From Minisyncoccia bacterium (GTDB lineage: Bacteria > Patescibacteriota > Minisyncoccia > Phycocordibacterales > JAACPR01), in contig JBLINH010000003.1 of assembly GCA_047639165.1 (NCBI GenBank), forward strand, positions 1-44,858: a stretch of DNA of 44,858 bases, given 5' to 3'. This document shows positions 36,965 through 44,858 of the stretch, in pieces. The notes beneath the pieces were generated by a model. The model was not told where the DNA came from. It saw nothing but the letters and a program-made list of their open reading frames with translations, and searched no databases. Numbering within the stretch: position 1 is the first letter of the stretch; every line of letters begins with the position of its first letter. A program made the position numbers and the translations under genes.

Positions 36965-38111
36965 TTTTTAAAATCTTATCAATTCTCCCCGCAAGCTTTA
37001 CCATATCTTTCTCATCCATTCCTTGTGTAGTTACAAAAGCAGTTCCAATCCTAATTCCTGAAGGATCCATTGGTGACCGAGTATCTTTTGGAATTGTATT
37101 TTTGTTTACGATAATTCCTTCTTTCTCAAGTTTTGAACTTGCCTCCTTTCCACTAACACCTTGTGAAATAGTATCAACCAAGAAAAGATGTGTGTCTGTT
37201 CCTCCTGATACAATTCTCCATCCAAGTTTTTTCAATTCTTCACTTAATGTTTTTGCATTTAAAACAACTTGTCTTATGTATTTTTTAAAGTCTTCACTTT
37301 GTGCTTCTTTTAGTGTCACTGCAGTTCCTGCAATTTGATTCATGTGTGGACCACCTTGGATTCCAGGGAACACTGCCTTATCAATATCTTTAGCCAATTC
37401 TTTCTTACAAAATATAATAGCTCCACGTGATCCTCTCAATGTCTTGTGAGTTGTAGTAGTTACAACATCTGCATATTCAAATGGTGATGGGTATTCACCT
37501 CCAGCAACTAGCCCTGCGATATGTGACATATCAACCATTAATTTTGCACCACAAGCATCTGCGATCTCTCTAAACTTTTTCCAATCAACAATTCTTGGAT
37601 ATGCTGTGTAACCTGCAACGATAACAGTTGGTTTTTCTGAAATGGCTATTTCTTTTACCACTTCGTAGTCGATATGTTCATCTTCCCCTACTCCATACGA
37701 GATTTGTTCCCAAACCTTTCCTGTAATTGAAACTTTGTGACCATGAGTTAAGTGACCTCCATCACTTAGACTCATTCCCATAATCTTTCCTCCAACTGGC
37801 ACAAGTGCGAGATATGCAGCTAAGTTAGCGGGAGAACCTGAGAGTGGTTGTACATTAACGTGCCATGAGTCATCTAAACAAAAAGTTTCTACAGCTCTCT
37901 TCTTAGCAAGATCTTCAATCTCATCAATATACTCATTTCCTCCATAGTATCTAAATTGAGAATAACCTTCCGCATACTTGTTAGTTAGTTGAGACCCTAA
38001 AGCCTCTAGGACATCTTTTGATACATAGTTTTCAGATGCGATAAGGTTAACGGCGCTCCTTTGTCGTTTCTTTTCGATCTTTATTATTCTCTTTACCTCT
38101 TTGTCTTTCAT
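36954..38111 (-). CDS. glyA: Serine hydroxymethyltransferase
   Basis: LIASEN, NKYAEGY, GGHLTHG, TTTTHKTLRG, GGTDTH, SGIRIGT. Confidence 0.98.
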   Translation of the reverse strand: MKDKEVKRIIKIEKKRQRSAVNLIASENYVSKDVLEALGSQLTNKYAEGYSQFRYYGGNEYIDEIEDLAKKRAVETFCLDDSWHVNVQPLSGSPANLAAYLALVPVGGKIMGMSLSDGGHLTHGHKVSITGKVWEQISYGVGEDEHIDYEVVKEIAISEKPTVIVAGYTAYPRIVDWKKFREIADACGAKLMVDMSHIAGLVAGGEYPSPFEYADVVTTTTHKTLRGSRGAIIFCKKELAKDIDKAVFPGIQGGPHMNQIAGTAVTLKEAQSEDFKKYIRQVVLNAKTLSEELKKLGWRIVSGGTDTHLFLVDTISQGVSGKEASSKLEKEGIIVNKNTIPKDTRSPMDPSGIRIGTAFVTTQGMDEKDMVKLAGRIDKILKNGR

Positions 38112-38151
38112 TCCAATAATTATGCAGAATATATTGTTTTTAGCAAACAAA

Positions 38152-38181
38152 AAGGCCCGATTGCAACTGCAATCGGGCCTT
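38152..38181 (-). terminator. Terminator after dcd
   Basis: aaggcccgattgca-ac-tgcaatcgggcctt followed by a T tract on the minus strand. Confidence 0.8.
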
Positions 38182-38195
38182 AAAAGAGCGAAGAA

Positions 38196-39320
38196 CTAAT
38201 CCTTCCATGGGAGGAAGTGCTTGCTAAGGCGAGCACCTCTTTGACCTCCATAATGATTCACTCCAGTATTACCGTATGTGACTTTTGGAGGATCAATCAT
38301 CCTTTCAAACTTGAACCTACAAACAGGGTCACGGTGTCGAATGATTATATTCTCAAAAGGACGAACTTCAAGAGTTGCTGTGTCACCAGTACCCTCTCCG
38401 TTATTTCCCCAACCCCAACCAGGATCAAAGAATCCTGCATAGTGAGATCTAAACTCACCACATCGCTCATCCATTGGAGCTATTTCAGAAGCCAAGTTTG
38501 GTGGAATTCTAATCCCTTCACACGTTGAAAGAATATAGAATTTTCTATTCTGAAGATGGAGTTGATTTGTTTCAGCACAAACACGTTTGAAAAAGTTTTC
38601 AGGATCGTGATTTTTCATCGACATATCTAAAACATCTTCAGTTGTAAGCGCCTGGAAACCAATTCCATTGCCTAAATCAAGTGATAGAATCACTGATCCA
38701 TCTCCGTCATAGGTGTTAACCTCCGATGATGGTACAGGTCTTTCTGTGTGTTGATCCCAAATAAGTTTTTCAGACTTATTCAAAGCCTCAAACTCAAATC
38801 CACGAAGTCTTGTATCGGCATTAAAAAGCCGAATCTGACAAAGACTAAGCCCTTCTTTAACTATAACTCTAAACGATTTAGGAATTACAGAAATCCAGAT
38901 CTCTCCTTGGTATCCTTTCGACACTCCATCAAACCTTGGAACACCGTCAGAAAGAAGTCTTACATGGACATCAACCCTGCCAGTGCTCGACTTAGGATTT
39001 GAATATCCATACACATCAGAAGGAAGTTTTAACTTCTGATTCAGACGGATAAGATATGTTTTTCCTATTTCAAGCGGCTGATCTAAAGAGATCTTTTTTT
39101 CATTCCCAAGACTGACTAGAACATCTCTAACAGTTTCCTTTTTGGTTGGAAGCAGAATTCCTGGCACCTCATATGCCTCGCTCGAAAGAGTAAGGTCTAG
39201 TGATGCTGGTTGAAACTGGTCTTCAGTTATAATTCCGATAATTCTTTCAGTATCCCGAAGTTGCATTAAGTTCTGGTGCGCTAACGCTCCCCTATCATTA
39301 GAATGGTATTTTCTTTTCAT
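38196..39320 (-). CDS. dcd: dCTP deaminase, long two-domain type
   Basis: QPASLDL, NPKSSTGRVDVHVR, EFRSHYAGFFDPGWG, LEVRP, Y.GQRG.RLSKHF. Confidence 0.9.
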   Translation of the reverse strand: MKRKYHSNDRGALAHQNLMQLRDTERIIGIITEDQFQPASLDLTLSSEAYEVPGILLPTKKETVRDVLVSLGNEKKISLDQPLEIGKTYLIRLNQKLKLPSDVYGYSNPKSSTGRVDVHVRLLSDGVPRFDGVSKGYQGEIWISVIPKSFRVIVKEGLSLCQIRLFNADTRLRGFEFEALNKSEKLIWDQHTERPVPSSEVNTYDGDGSVILSLDLGNGIGFQALTTEDVLDMSMKNHDPENFFKRVCAETNQLHLQNRKFYILSTCEGIRIPPNLASEIAPMDERCGEFRSHYAGFFDPGWGWGNNGEGTGDTATLEVRPFENIIIRHRDPVCRFKFERMIDPPKVTYGNTGVNHYGGQRGARLSKHFLPWKD

Positions 39321-39406
39321 GATCGTCTGGGAATGATGGTATTTAAAATATGTTGTCATGTCAATCAAATTGATATATACATAACCTTGAACAACCCATT
39401 AAATAA

Positions 39407-40249
39407 ATGAAACAGTACATTGATATTCTTAGAAAAATCAAAGAAACCGGAGAAGACAGAGAAGGTAGAAACGGCGACACCAGAGCTCTCTGGTGCGAAC
39501 AAGCTCGCTTCAATCTTGAAGACGGCTTTCCGGCTGTAACAACCAAAAAACTGGCTTTCAAAGCAGTTCTTTCAGAACTGCTTTGGTTCATACAAGGACC
39601 AACAAAAAATGGTCGTATGGACAACAACGAACTTAAAAAACTCGTCGGCAAAGATGAAACCGTTTGGACAGCAAACGCCGAGTCTGACTACTGGAAACCA
39701 AAAGCTCAATTCGAAGGAGACTTGGGACGAGTGTATGGTGCTCAGTGGAGAGACTGGAAAGGTCCAGCTGGAGAATCTGTTGATCAATTAGCTAACGCTA
39801 TTGAAAATATAAAGACAGATCCCTATGATCGTCGAATCATTGTTTCAGCTTTCAATCCTGGAGAAATTGACCAAATGGCACTTCCGCCATGCCATCTCTA
39901 CTACCACTTCTTTGTGGTTAAAGGTAAGTTGTCCATGCATATGGTCCAAAGATCTTGCGACATGTTCCTCGGAGTTCCGTTTAACATCGCAAGTTATGCC
40001 ATCCTTCTAAAGATGGTTGCACAGGTAACAAACTTGGAAGCGCACGAACTAGTGATCACTTTTGAAGATGCTCACATCTATCATAATCACTACGACGCTG
40101 TTGATAAGCAATTAGCTAGAACCCCTGGAGAATTACCACTTCTTTGGATCAATCCTAACATCACCAATATTGATAGCTTCACTATGGATGATTTTAAGTT
40201 GGTAAACTACAAACCTCAAGAATCGATTAAAGCCAAAATGGCTGTTTAA
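39407..40249 (+). CDS. thyA: Thymidylate synthase ThyA
   Basis: ELLWF, LGRVYGAQWR, MALPPCH, QRSCDMFLGVPFNIASY, HIYHNH. Confidence 0.98.
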   Translation: MKQYIDILRKIKETGEDREGRNGDTRALWCEQARFNLEDGFPAVTTKKLAFKAVLSELLWFIQGPTKNGRMDNNELKKLVGKDETVWTANAESDYWKPKAQFEGDLGRVYGAQWRDWKGPAGESVDQLANAIENIKTDPYDRRIIVSAFNPGEIDQMALPPCHLYYHFFVVKGKLSMHMVQRSCDMFLGVPFNIASYAILLKMVAQVTNLEAHELVITFEDAHIYHNHYDAVDKQLARTPGELPLLWINPNITNIDSFTMDDFKLVNYKPQESIKAKMAV

Positions 40250-40268
40250 GTATAGATCTTTAATGAAC

Positions 40269-40302
40269 AAAAGCCGCTGACCTTCCATGGTCAGCGGCTT
40301 TT
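40269..40302 (+). terminator. Terminator after thyA
   Basis: aaaagccgctgacc-ttccat-ggtcagcggctttt. Confidence 0.8.
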
Positions 40303-40372
40303 TACTTTTAGATATTTACTTCAATCTCTTTTTAATATATAGTCCAAATAAATCTAACCCGTACATTTATAT

Positions 40373-40879
40373 ATGAGTGAACCAAAAGTACACGCAATAG
40401 TAGCAATGACAGAGAGACGAGTTATTGGGAATGGTAGAAACCTTCCTTGGAAAGGATTAAAGCAAGACATGGCACATTTCAAAGAAATGACCATGGGACA
40501 TCCTGTGATTATGGGACGAAAGACTTGGGATTCTATCCCTGAAAGATACCGACCTCTTGAAGGAAGAACTAACTTTGTTCTTTCAAGAAAAAAAAGATTT
40601 ATTCTCCCACCAGGAGTCTTCTTGATGGATAATATCGAAGATGCACTAGATCTTGCCACAAAGTTTGATAATGAGAAAGTATTCATCATAGGTGGAGCAG
40701 AAATATATAAAGCAGCTCTTCCATATACTCATGTTATTAATGCCACCGTCATCATGAAAGGCTTTACTGGTGATACTCTCTTTCCTCCCATTCCTGAAAA
40801 CTTCAAAGAGACACCGAGATCGAAAACCTTCGAAGAAAATGGAATTCAATTCTATTACATTGACTACGAAGCGATATAA
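40373..40879 (+). CDS. folA: Dihydrofolate reductase
   Basis: VIGNGRNLPW, DMAHFK, IMGRKTWDS, RPLEGRTN, IIGGAEIY, GDTLFP. Confidence 0.97.
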   Translation: MSEPKVHAIVAMTERRVIGNGRNLPWKGLKQDMAHFKEMTMGHPVIMGRKTWDSIPERYRPLEGRTNFVLSRKKRFILPPGVFLMDNIEDALDLATKFDNEKVFIIGGAEIYKAALPYTHVINATVIMKGFTGDTLFPPIPENFKETPRSKTFEENGIQFYYIDYEAI

Positions 40880-40892
40880 GAAACTCAAAAGA

Positions 40893-40923
40893 AAAACGCC
40901 TCCGGAATTTCCGGAGGCGTTTT
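40893..40923. terminator. Bidirectional terminator between folA and rplK
   Basis: aaaacgcctccgga-att-tccggaggcgtttt. Confidence 0.85.
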
Positions 40924-40934
40924 ACCTTTTATAC

Positions 40935-41357
40935 TTATTTAACCTCTACCCCCATCGATTTACATGTTCCTTCAATAATTTTTGAAGCAGCATCTAAGTC
41001 ATTTGCGTTTAGGTCAGTCATCTTCTCTTCTGCGACTTCTCTAACTTGAGCTTTTGTGATTGTACCAACCTTTTTGGTTGTATTTGTACTTGATCCCTTT
41101 GGAATACTTATTTTCTTCAAAATTAGTCTTGAAGCAGGAGATGTCTTGTATAGTATTTCAAAACTCTTATCTTCAAAGACTGTTACAACAACAGGGACAA
41201 TATCTCCCATTCGGTCTTTTGTCTCGTTGTTAAACTTTGTAGTAAATTCTCCAATGTTAATTCCTGCTTGACCAAGTGAAGGACCAAGAGGTGGAGCTGG
41301 AGTAGCTTTTCCACCTGGAATCTGTAGTTTCATTTTTTTCTGTATCTTTTTTGCCAT
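40935..41357 (-). CDS. rplK: 50S ribosomal protein L11
   Basis: [37 protein letters not shown]. Confidence 0.98.
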   Translation of the reverse strand: MAKKIQKKMKLQIPGGKATPAPPLGPSLGQAGINIGEFTTKFNNETKDRMGDIVPVVVTVFEDKSFEILYKTSPASRLILKKISIPKGSSTNTTKKVGTITKAQVREVAEEKMTDLNANDLDAASKIIEGTCKSMGVEVK

Positions 41358-41374
41358 AGTGATGAAAGATTACC

Positions 41375-41920
41375 TTAAATCTTCTTAACCTGCAAGAAGT
41401 CTAATTCCACAGGGGTTTCTCGACCGAACATTGAAACCATAACTTTTACCTTACCTCTACCCTCGTCAACATGATCAACCTTCCCCTCAAGCTCCTTGAA
41501 TGGACCATCAATTATAGTAATTGTATCCCCCGCTTCAAGATCAATAGCATGTTTTGTAACATCTGTGTTCATTCTTGAGAATAGTTCCTCAACCTCTTTC
41601 TTTGAAAGTGGCACTGGATATACTCCAGATCCAACGAATCCTGTAACACGAGGTGTGTTACGTACGATGTACCATGAATCATCAGTTACGATCATATCAA
41701 CAAGAATGTATCCAGGATATATCTTTTCTTCTACTTCTACTCTCTTTCCTCCCTTGATCTTGATCTTCTTTTCGATAGGGACAACTACATTAAAAATCCT
41801 GTCCTCCATTCCTAGAGATTCAATTCTTTGATTTAGGTTACGTAAAACGGCACCTTCATATCCTGCGTATGTATGGATCGCATACCAATTACGATCTCTT
41901 TTTGGTTGTTGTGTTGCCAT
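41375..41920 (-). CDS. nusG: Transcription factor NusG
   Basis: WYAIHTYAGYE, PGYILV, TPRVTGFVG, KOW motif GPF, FGRETPVEL. Confidence 0.98.
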   Translation of the reverse strand: MATQQPKRDRNWYAIHTYAGYEGAVLRNLNQRIESLGMEDRIFNVVVPIEKKIKIKGGKRVEVEEKIYPGYILVDMIVTDDSWYIVRNTPRVTGFVGSGVYPVPLSKKEVEELFSRMNTDVTKHAIDLEAGDTITIIDGPFKELEGKVDHVDEGRGKVKVMVSMFGRETPVELDFLQVKKI

Positions 41921-41921
41921 A

Positions 41922-42101
41922 TTAGATTAGGAACTTATCTATAAGTCTTGTAAATCCGAAGTCAAGAATACCGATGTATGAAGAGATAAAAGCTGAAATA
42001 ATGATTACAAGCAATGTATATGATGTAGCTTGCTTTCGTGTTGGCCAACTAACATGCTTCATTTCCGCCTTTGTTTCTTTTAAGTAATTGATTAATTTCA
42101 T
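41922..42101 (-). CDS. secE: Preprotein translocase SecE (59 aa); not in ORF track
   Basis: MKLINYLKETKAEMKHVSWPTRKQ followed by one TM; secE-nusG-rplK synteny. Confidence 0.95.
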   Translation of the reverse strand: MKLINYLKETKAEMKHVSWPTRKQATSYTLLVIIISAFISSYIGILDFGFTRLIDKFLI

Positions 42102-42153
42102 GGTTTTTCTGTATTTAAAAACACCCCTGAGGGGCGTTTGTTATATACTTTAT

Positions 42154-42181
42154 ATTGTATCAGGTTTATTGATGTTGTCAA
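42154..42181 (-). promoter_or_regulatory. Sigma70 promoter of secE-nusG-rplK
   Basis: TTGACA-16-TACAAT. Confidence 0.7.
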
Positions 42182-42266
42182 ATATATTAGTTAGGTGTAT
42201 AATATCTCCTACAAGTCCCATTAAGTTGGCCCACCCCTTAACTGGGGAGAAAAGAAAGAAAAGCTG

Positions 42267-42647
42267 TTAGATATAATCTCTGATAGCTTTTTTTATTAAA
42301 TCAAACCTTTCCTTATCTAAAATACACATCCTTTCAGTAAATCTCCTGGTATCCATTACTCTCATTTGAGAAAGTATCGCTGTGGCATTTTTCTTATCAA
42401 CAATCCCAACATCTAACCTATTCCTATCTCTACTACTTGATTTTGTTAATGGAATAACAAAGCAGGTATTTCTACTTGATGGTTTTAATATTAAAGCTGG
42501 TCTTTGATATAGTTCACCATTACCATCTTGCTCAAATCCAACGTTTAGTCCCCAACTACACCACCACACTTCTTTTGGGTGATATCGTTTACCATCGAGA
42601 TTATCTATTTCTTTTTTCAAAGTGTTCCATCTATCAAAATCTTTCAT
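42267..42647 (-). CDS. PemK/MazF family endoribonuclease toxin
   Basis: EVWWCSWGLNVGFEQDG...RPALIL...VIPLT...SQMRVMDTRRF. Confidence 0.85.
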   Translation of the reverse strand: MKDFDRWNTLKKEIDNLDGKRYHPKEVWWCSWGLNVGFEQDGNGELYQRPALILKPSSRNTCFVIPLTKSSSRDRNRLDVGIVDKKNATAILSQMRVMDTRRFTERMCILDKERFDLIKKAIRDYI

Positions 42648-42761
42648 CTTTGGATGTTACCAAAAATGACATTAGGATTTTATAAAAAAATATTAAAAGG
42701 ATAAGTGTTGTTAAATATATCTATTCATTGTATGTTTGTCTGGAAACCAAATTAGATACTA

Positions 42762-43196
42762 ATGCATAAAAAAATACAGTTCCTTAATACCAACTACAGT
42801 ATCGACTCTCCATTGCTAACAAATACTCACATACTCATACCAGAAAAAGGATATCTAAAAGTAATAAATTGGTGTTCCGGTAATGACGGCATCCCTGTTA
42901 TAACCGGATATGAAATGAAATGCGATGTTTCAAGTAAGGTTGCCTCTGAGGCAATAAAAGCGTTTAAACAAATCGTGCTTGAATATGAAGGACATAAGTA
43001 CTACATCAATCATTCAGTTTACATTAATAATGACCTCATATTTCTTCCAGATGGGAGAAAACTAAAAGTTATGAAGTGGGACGATACACAAGATCCACCA
43101 ATACCCGAAAAGTTTCTGGTTATAGAGTCTACTCAACTAGTAATCGCACATGAGATGAAGAGTAATAAAATCACACCAGTCGAAACGGCTGTGTAA
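42762..43196 (+). CDS. Hypothetical protein with two copies of a ~70-aa domain
   Basis: ILIPEKGYLKVINW...IPV and IFLPDGRKLKVMKW...PPIP. Confidence 0.75.
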   Translation: MHKKIQFLNTNYSIDSPLLTNTHILIPEKGYLKVINWCSGNDGIPVITGYEMKCDVSSKVASEAIKAFKQIVLEYEGHKYYINHSVYINNDLIFLPDGRKLKVMKWDDTQDPPIPEKFLVIESTQLVIAHEMKSNKITPVETAV

Positions 43197-43208
43197 ATTC
43201 AACTCATA

Positions 43209-43239
43209 AAAACCGCTGATCAGAAATGGTCGGCGGTTT
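43209..43239 (+). terminator. Terminator
   Basis: aaaccgctgatc-agaaat-ggtcggcggttt. Confidence 0.7.
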
Positions 43240-43337
43240 CTTCATTGACCACCTCCTCCAAAAGGCGTATTTTATAAATAGAGTGATTAGTATCCGAACT
43301 TCTGTTTGGAGTCATATGAACACAACCATAATTAGAT

Positions 43338-43553
43338 ATGAGTACTACCCGTGTAATAATCAGCCATGAAGGAACTCTGTATGAAGTTTCTAAAGAAGCC
43401 TTCGATGATAAGCCTCCTTTTAGGCTTCCCGACGGAACGATCTTCGAGGTAACTGGATGGTCAGATGACCGTCCTCCAAAAGGTAAAGATTGTCGAACAA
43501 TTCTTTCGACATACGACGGTAACGACACCGTTGACTTAGTTGAAGCGGTATAA
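43338..43553 (+). CDS. 71-aa hypothetical protein, single copy of the same domain
   Basis: HEGTLY...LPDGTIFEVTGWSDDRPP...VEAV matches YEGHKY...LPDGRKLKVMKWDDTQDPP...VETAV. Confidence 0.75.
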   Translation: MSTTRVIISHEGTLYEVSKEAFDDKPPFRLPDGTIFEVTGWSDDRPPKGKDCRTILSTYDGNDTVDLVEAV

Positions 43554-43582
43554 CAGAAACTCAAAATCATGGCACAAACATA

Positions 43583-43612
43583 AAAACACCGATCAGAGAT
43601 GATCGGTGTTTT
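43583..43612. terminator. Bidirectional terminator
   Basis: aaaacaccgatca-gaga-tgatcggtgtttt. Confidence 0.8.
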
Positions 43613-43617
43613 AACTT

Positions 43618-44418
43618 TTACTTTATCTCGTAAGTCACGGAGACCGTAACCGATACCTCATTCTCCCCTACAGGTAGCTCTGGAACTGCTTTGGCTGAAA
43701 CAGCACTATCAAAGCTAGCTTCCATCATTATTGGACCTCCTCTACCACCTTCCTCATAGAAGTTCACAACCCTCTTTATCTTCACACCTAGATCACTTGC
43801 GAGCTTCTCTGCTTTGTCGCGAGCTTCTTCAATAGCCATTGATCTTGCTGATTCCTTCAAAGCTTCAGGATCATCTATTGAGAAGTTAAGTCCTGAGATG
43901 TTGGTGATACCTCTTGCACCAACCCCTGAAAGGATTCCTCCTGCCTTTTCTGTATCTCGTACCTTCACAAGTGTAGTTTGATTCACTGAGTATCCAATTA
44001 GTTTTCTTTCAGACGCTCCACAATCAAATCCTCTACAAGGAATGTACTCGTAGCGGGGTGAAGCATTATATGACACAGTCTTTATATCCCCCTCTTCGAT
44101 ACCAGACTCCTTAAGGAATTCAAGAACTATATTTGTCTTCTTTGCAGCTTCTTCTTGAGCTGACTCAACAGACTCTGATGTTATATCAACTGAGTATGTA
44201 AATGTAGCAACATCTGGAACAGCTACGATCTCTCCAGTACCTTGTACTGTGATTGTATTAGCTGCATATTCCCCATCATTATTCCATGCCACTAACTTGT
44301 CTACTACAAGCAGTGTAAGGAAGATTGATAACATAAGTGTTACTAGAACACCTCCGAACAATGCCCATGAAATGGCATAGTTTCTATCGTTAAAGAATTT
44401 GTTTAGACATTGCTTCAT
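43618..44418 (-). CDS. SIMPL domain (DUF541) protein
   Basis: TITVQGTGEIVAVPDVA, GIEEGDIKT, AR..AIEEARDKAEKLA, V.VTYEI. Confidence 0.93.
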   Translation of the reverse strand: MKQCLNKFFNDRNYAISWALFGGVLVTLMLSIFLTLLVVDKLVAWNNDGEYAANTITVQGTGEIVAVPDVATFTYSVDITSESVESAQEEAAKKTNIVLEFLKESGIEEGDIKTVSYNASPRYEYIPCRGFDCGASERKLIGYSVNQTTLVKVRDTEKAGGILSGVGARGITNISGLNFSIDDPEALKESARSMAIEEARDKAEKLASDLGVKIKRVVNFYEEGGRGGPIMMEASFDSAVSAKAVPELPVGENEVSVTVSVTYEIK

Positions 44419-44481
44419 ATATATTGTGATTACTTTTTAATGTATTTAGCATACCTGTATGGAGGGAAATGGGAAACCCCC

Positions 44482-44775
44482 TCAGGAAGAGGGGGTGGCT
44501 ACGTTGTATATGTATATCTTTTCGGTTGAGCGATCTTGGTCTTTGGTTATTTGGAGGCCGGTTGAGGCTTCGATGAATTCGATCACACCTCTCAATTCCA
44601 ATTCTAATTGAGTAAATGTAAAAGGAAATTCAATGGTTTGACCTCTTTCGTTCAAAAGATAGATCTTAATATTTCTTGTAAATCTTACAAGAAAAGAGGT
44701 TTGTGATATTAAGACTTTTACATTGTCTCCTTTTAATAGTTTAGTTGCTTTTCCTTCTTTAGTGTACAAGTTCAT
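44482..44775 (-). CDS. Hypothetical protein (97 aa)
   Basis: ORF track; GAAAGGT upstream; no recognised motif. Confidence 0.55.
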   Translation of the reverse strand: MNLYTKEGKATKLLKGDNVKVLISQTSFLVRFTRNIKIYLLNERGQTIEFPFTFTQLELELRGVIEFIEASTGLQITKDQDRSTEKIYIYNVATPSS

Positions 44776-44858
44776 GGGTTGGTTACCTTTCTGAACCTAT
44801 ATTCCTTAAATTATTACTTGAAGTCAAATACTAAATGTGTTTTAAAATTTAATCACAT

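Noticed and set aside
43220-43570. 116-aa minus-strand ORF
   Set aside because: It overlaps the + strand 71-aa gene, which is supported by paralogy, leader and terminator.
42762-43612. Integron cassette array with attC sites
   Set aside because: The hairpins have A/T tails typical of intrinsic terminators, lack RYYYAAC...GTTRRRY ends, and no integrase is present.

Overview
AT-rich bacterial chromosome segment using standard code 11. Gene content points to a Patescibacteria/CPR (Parcubacteria-like) genome: homodimeric GlyRS, type-2 IleRS with an inserted His-phosphatase domain, rplK without rplA, intron-bearing 23S rRNA and an orphan PemK. From left to right it contains: a truncated gene ending in 63-bp LRR-like tandem repeats; rodA; a 23S-5S rRNA unit with no 16S, carrying two ORF-less group I introns (L2593, and L1931 which ends in A) plus two hairpin insertions; a surface cluster (lamin-tail/PKD protein, O-antigen-ligase-like protein, S-layer-like protein with a ~440-nt structured, boxA-containing leader); a four-helix-bundle/winged-HTH gene densely seeded with TGTC[C/T]T motifs, head-to-head with ftsK; recA and efp; rpsF-ssb-rpsR; tatD, metG, glyQS, recO, ileS, argS; a thymidylate cluster (tmk, dut, glyA, dcd, thyA, folA); secE-nusG-rplK; and small accessory genes, several missed by the ORF track. 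The best candidate for an undescribed system is the HTH gene with its embedded motif array (14700-15365). All calls come from reading the sequence by eye; no searches or folding programs were run.
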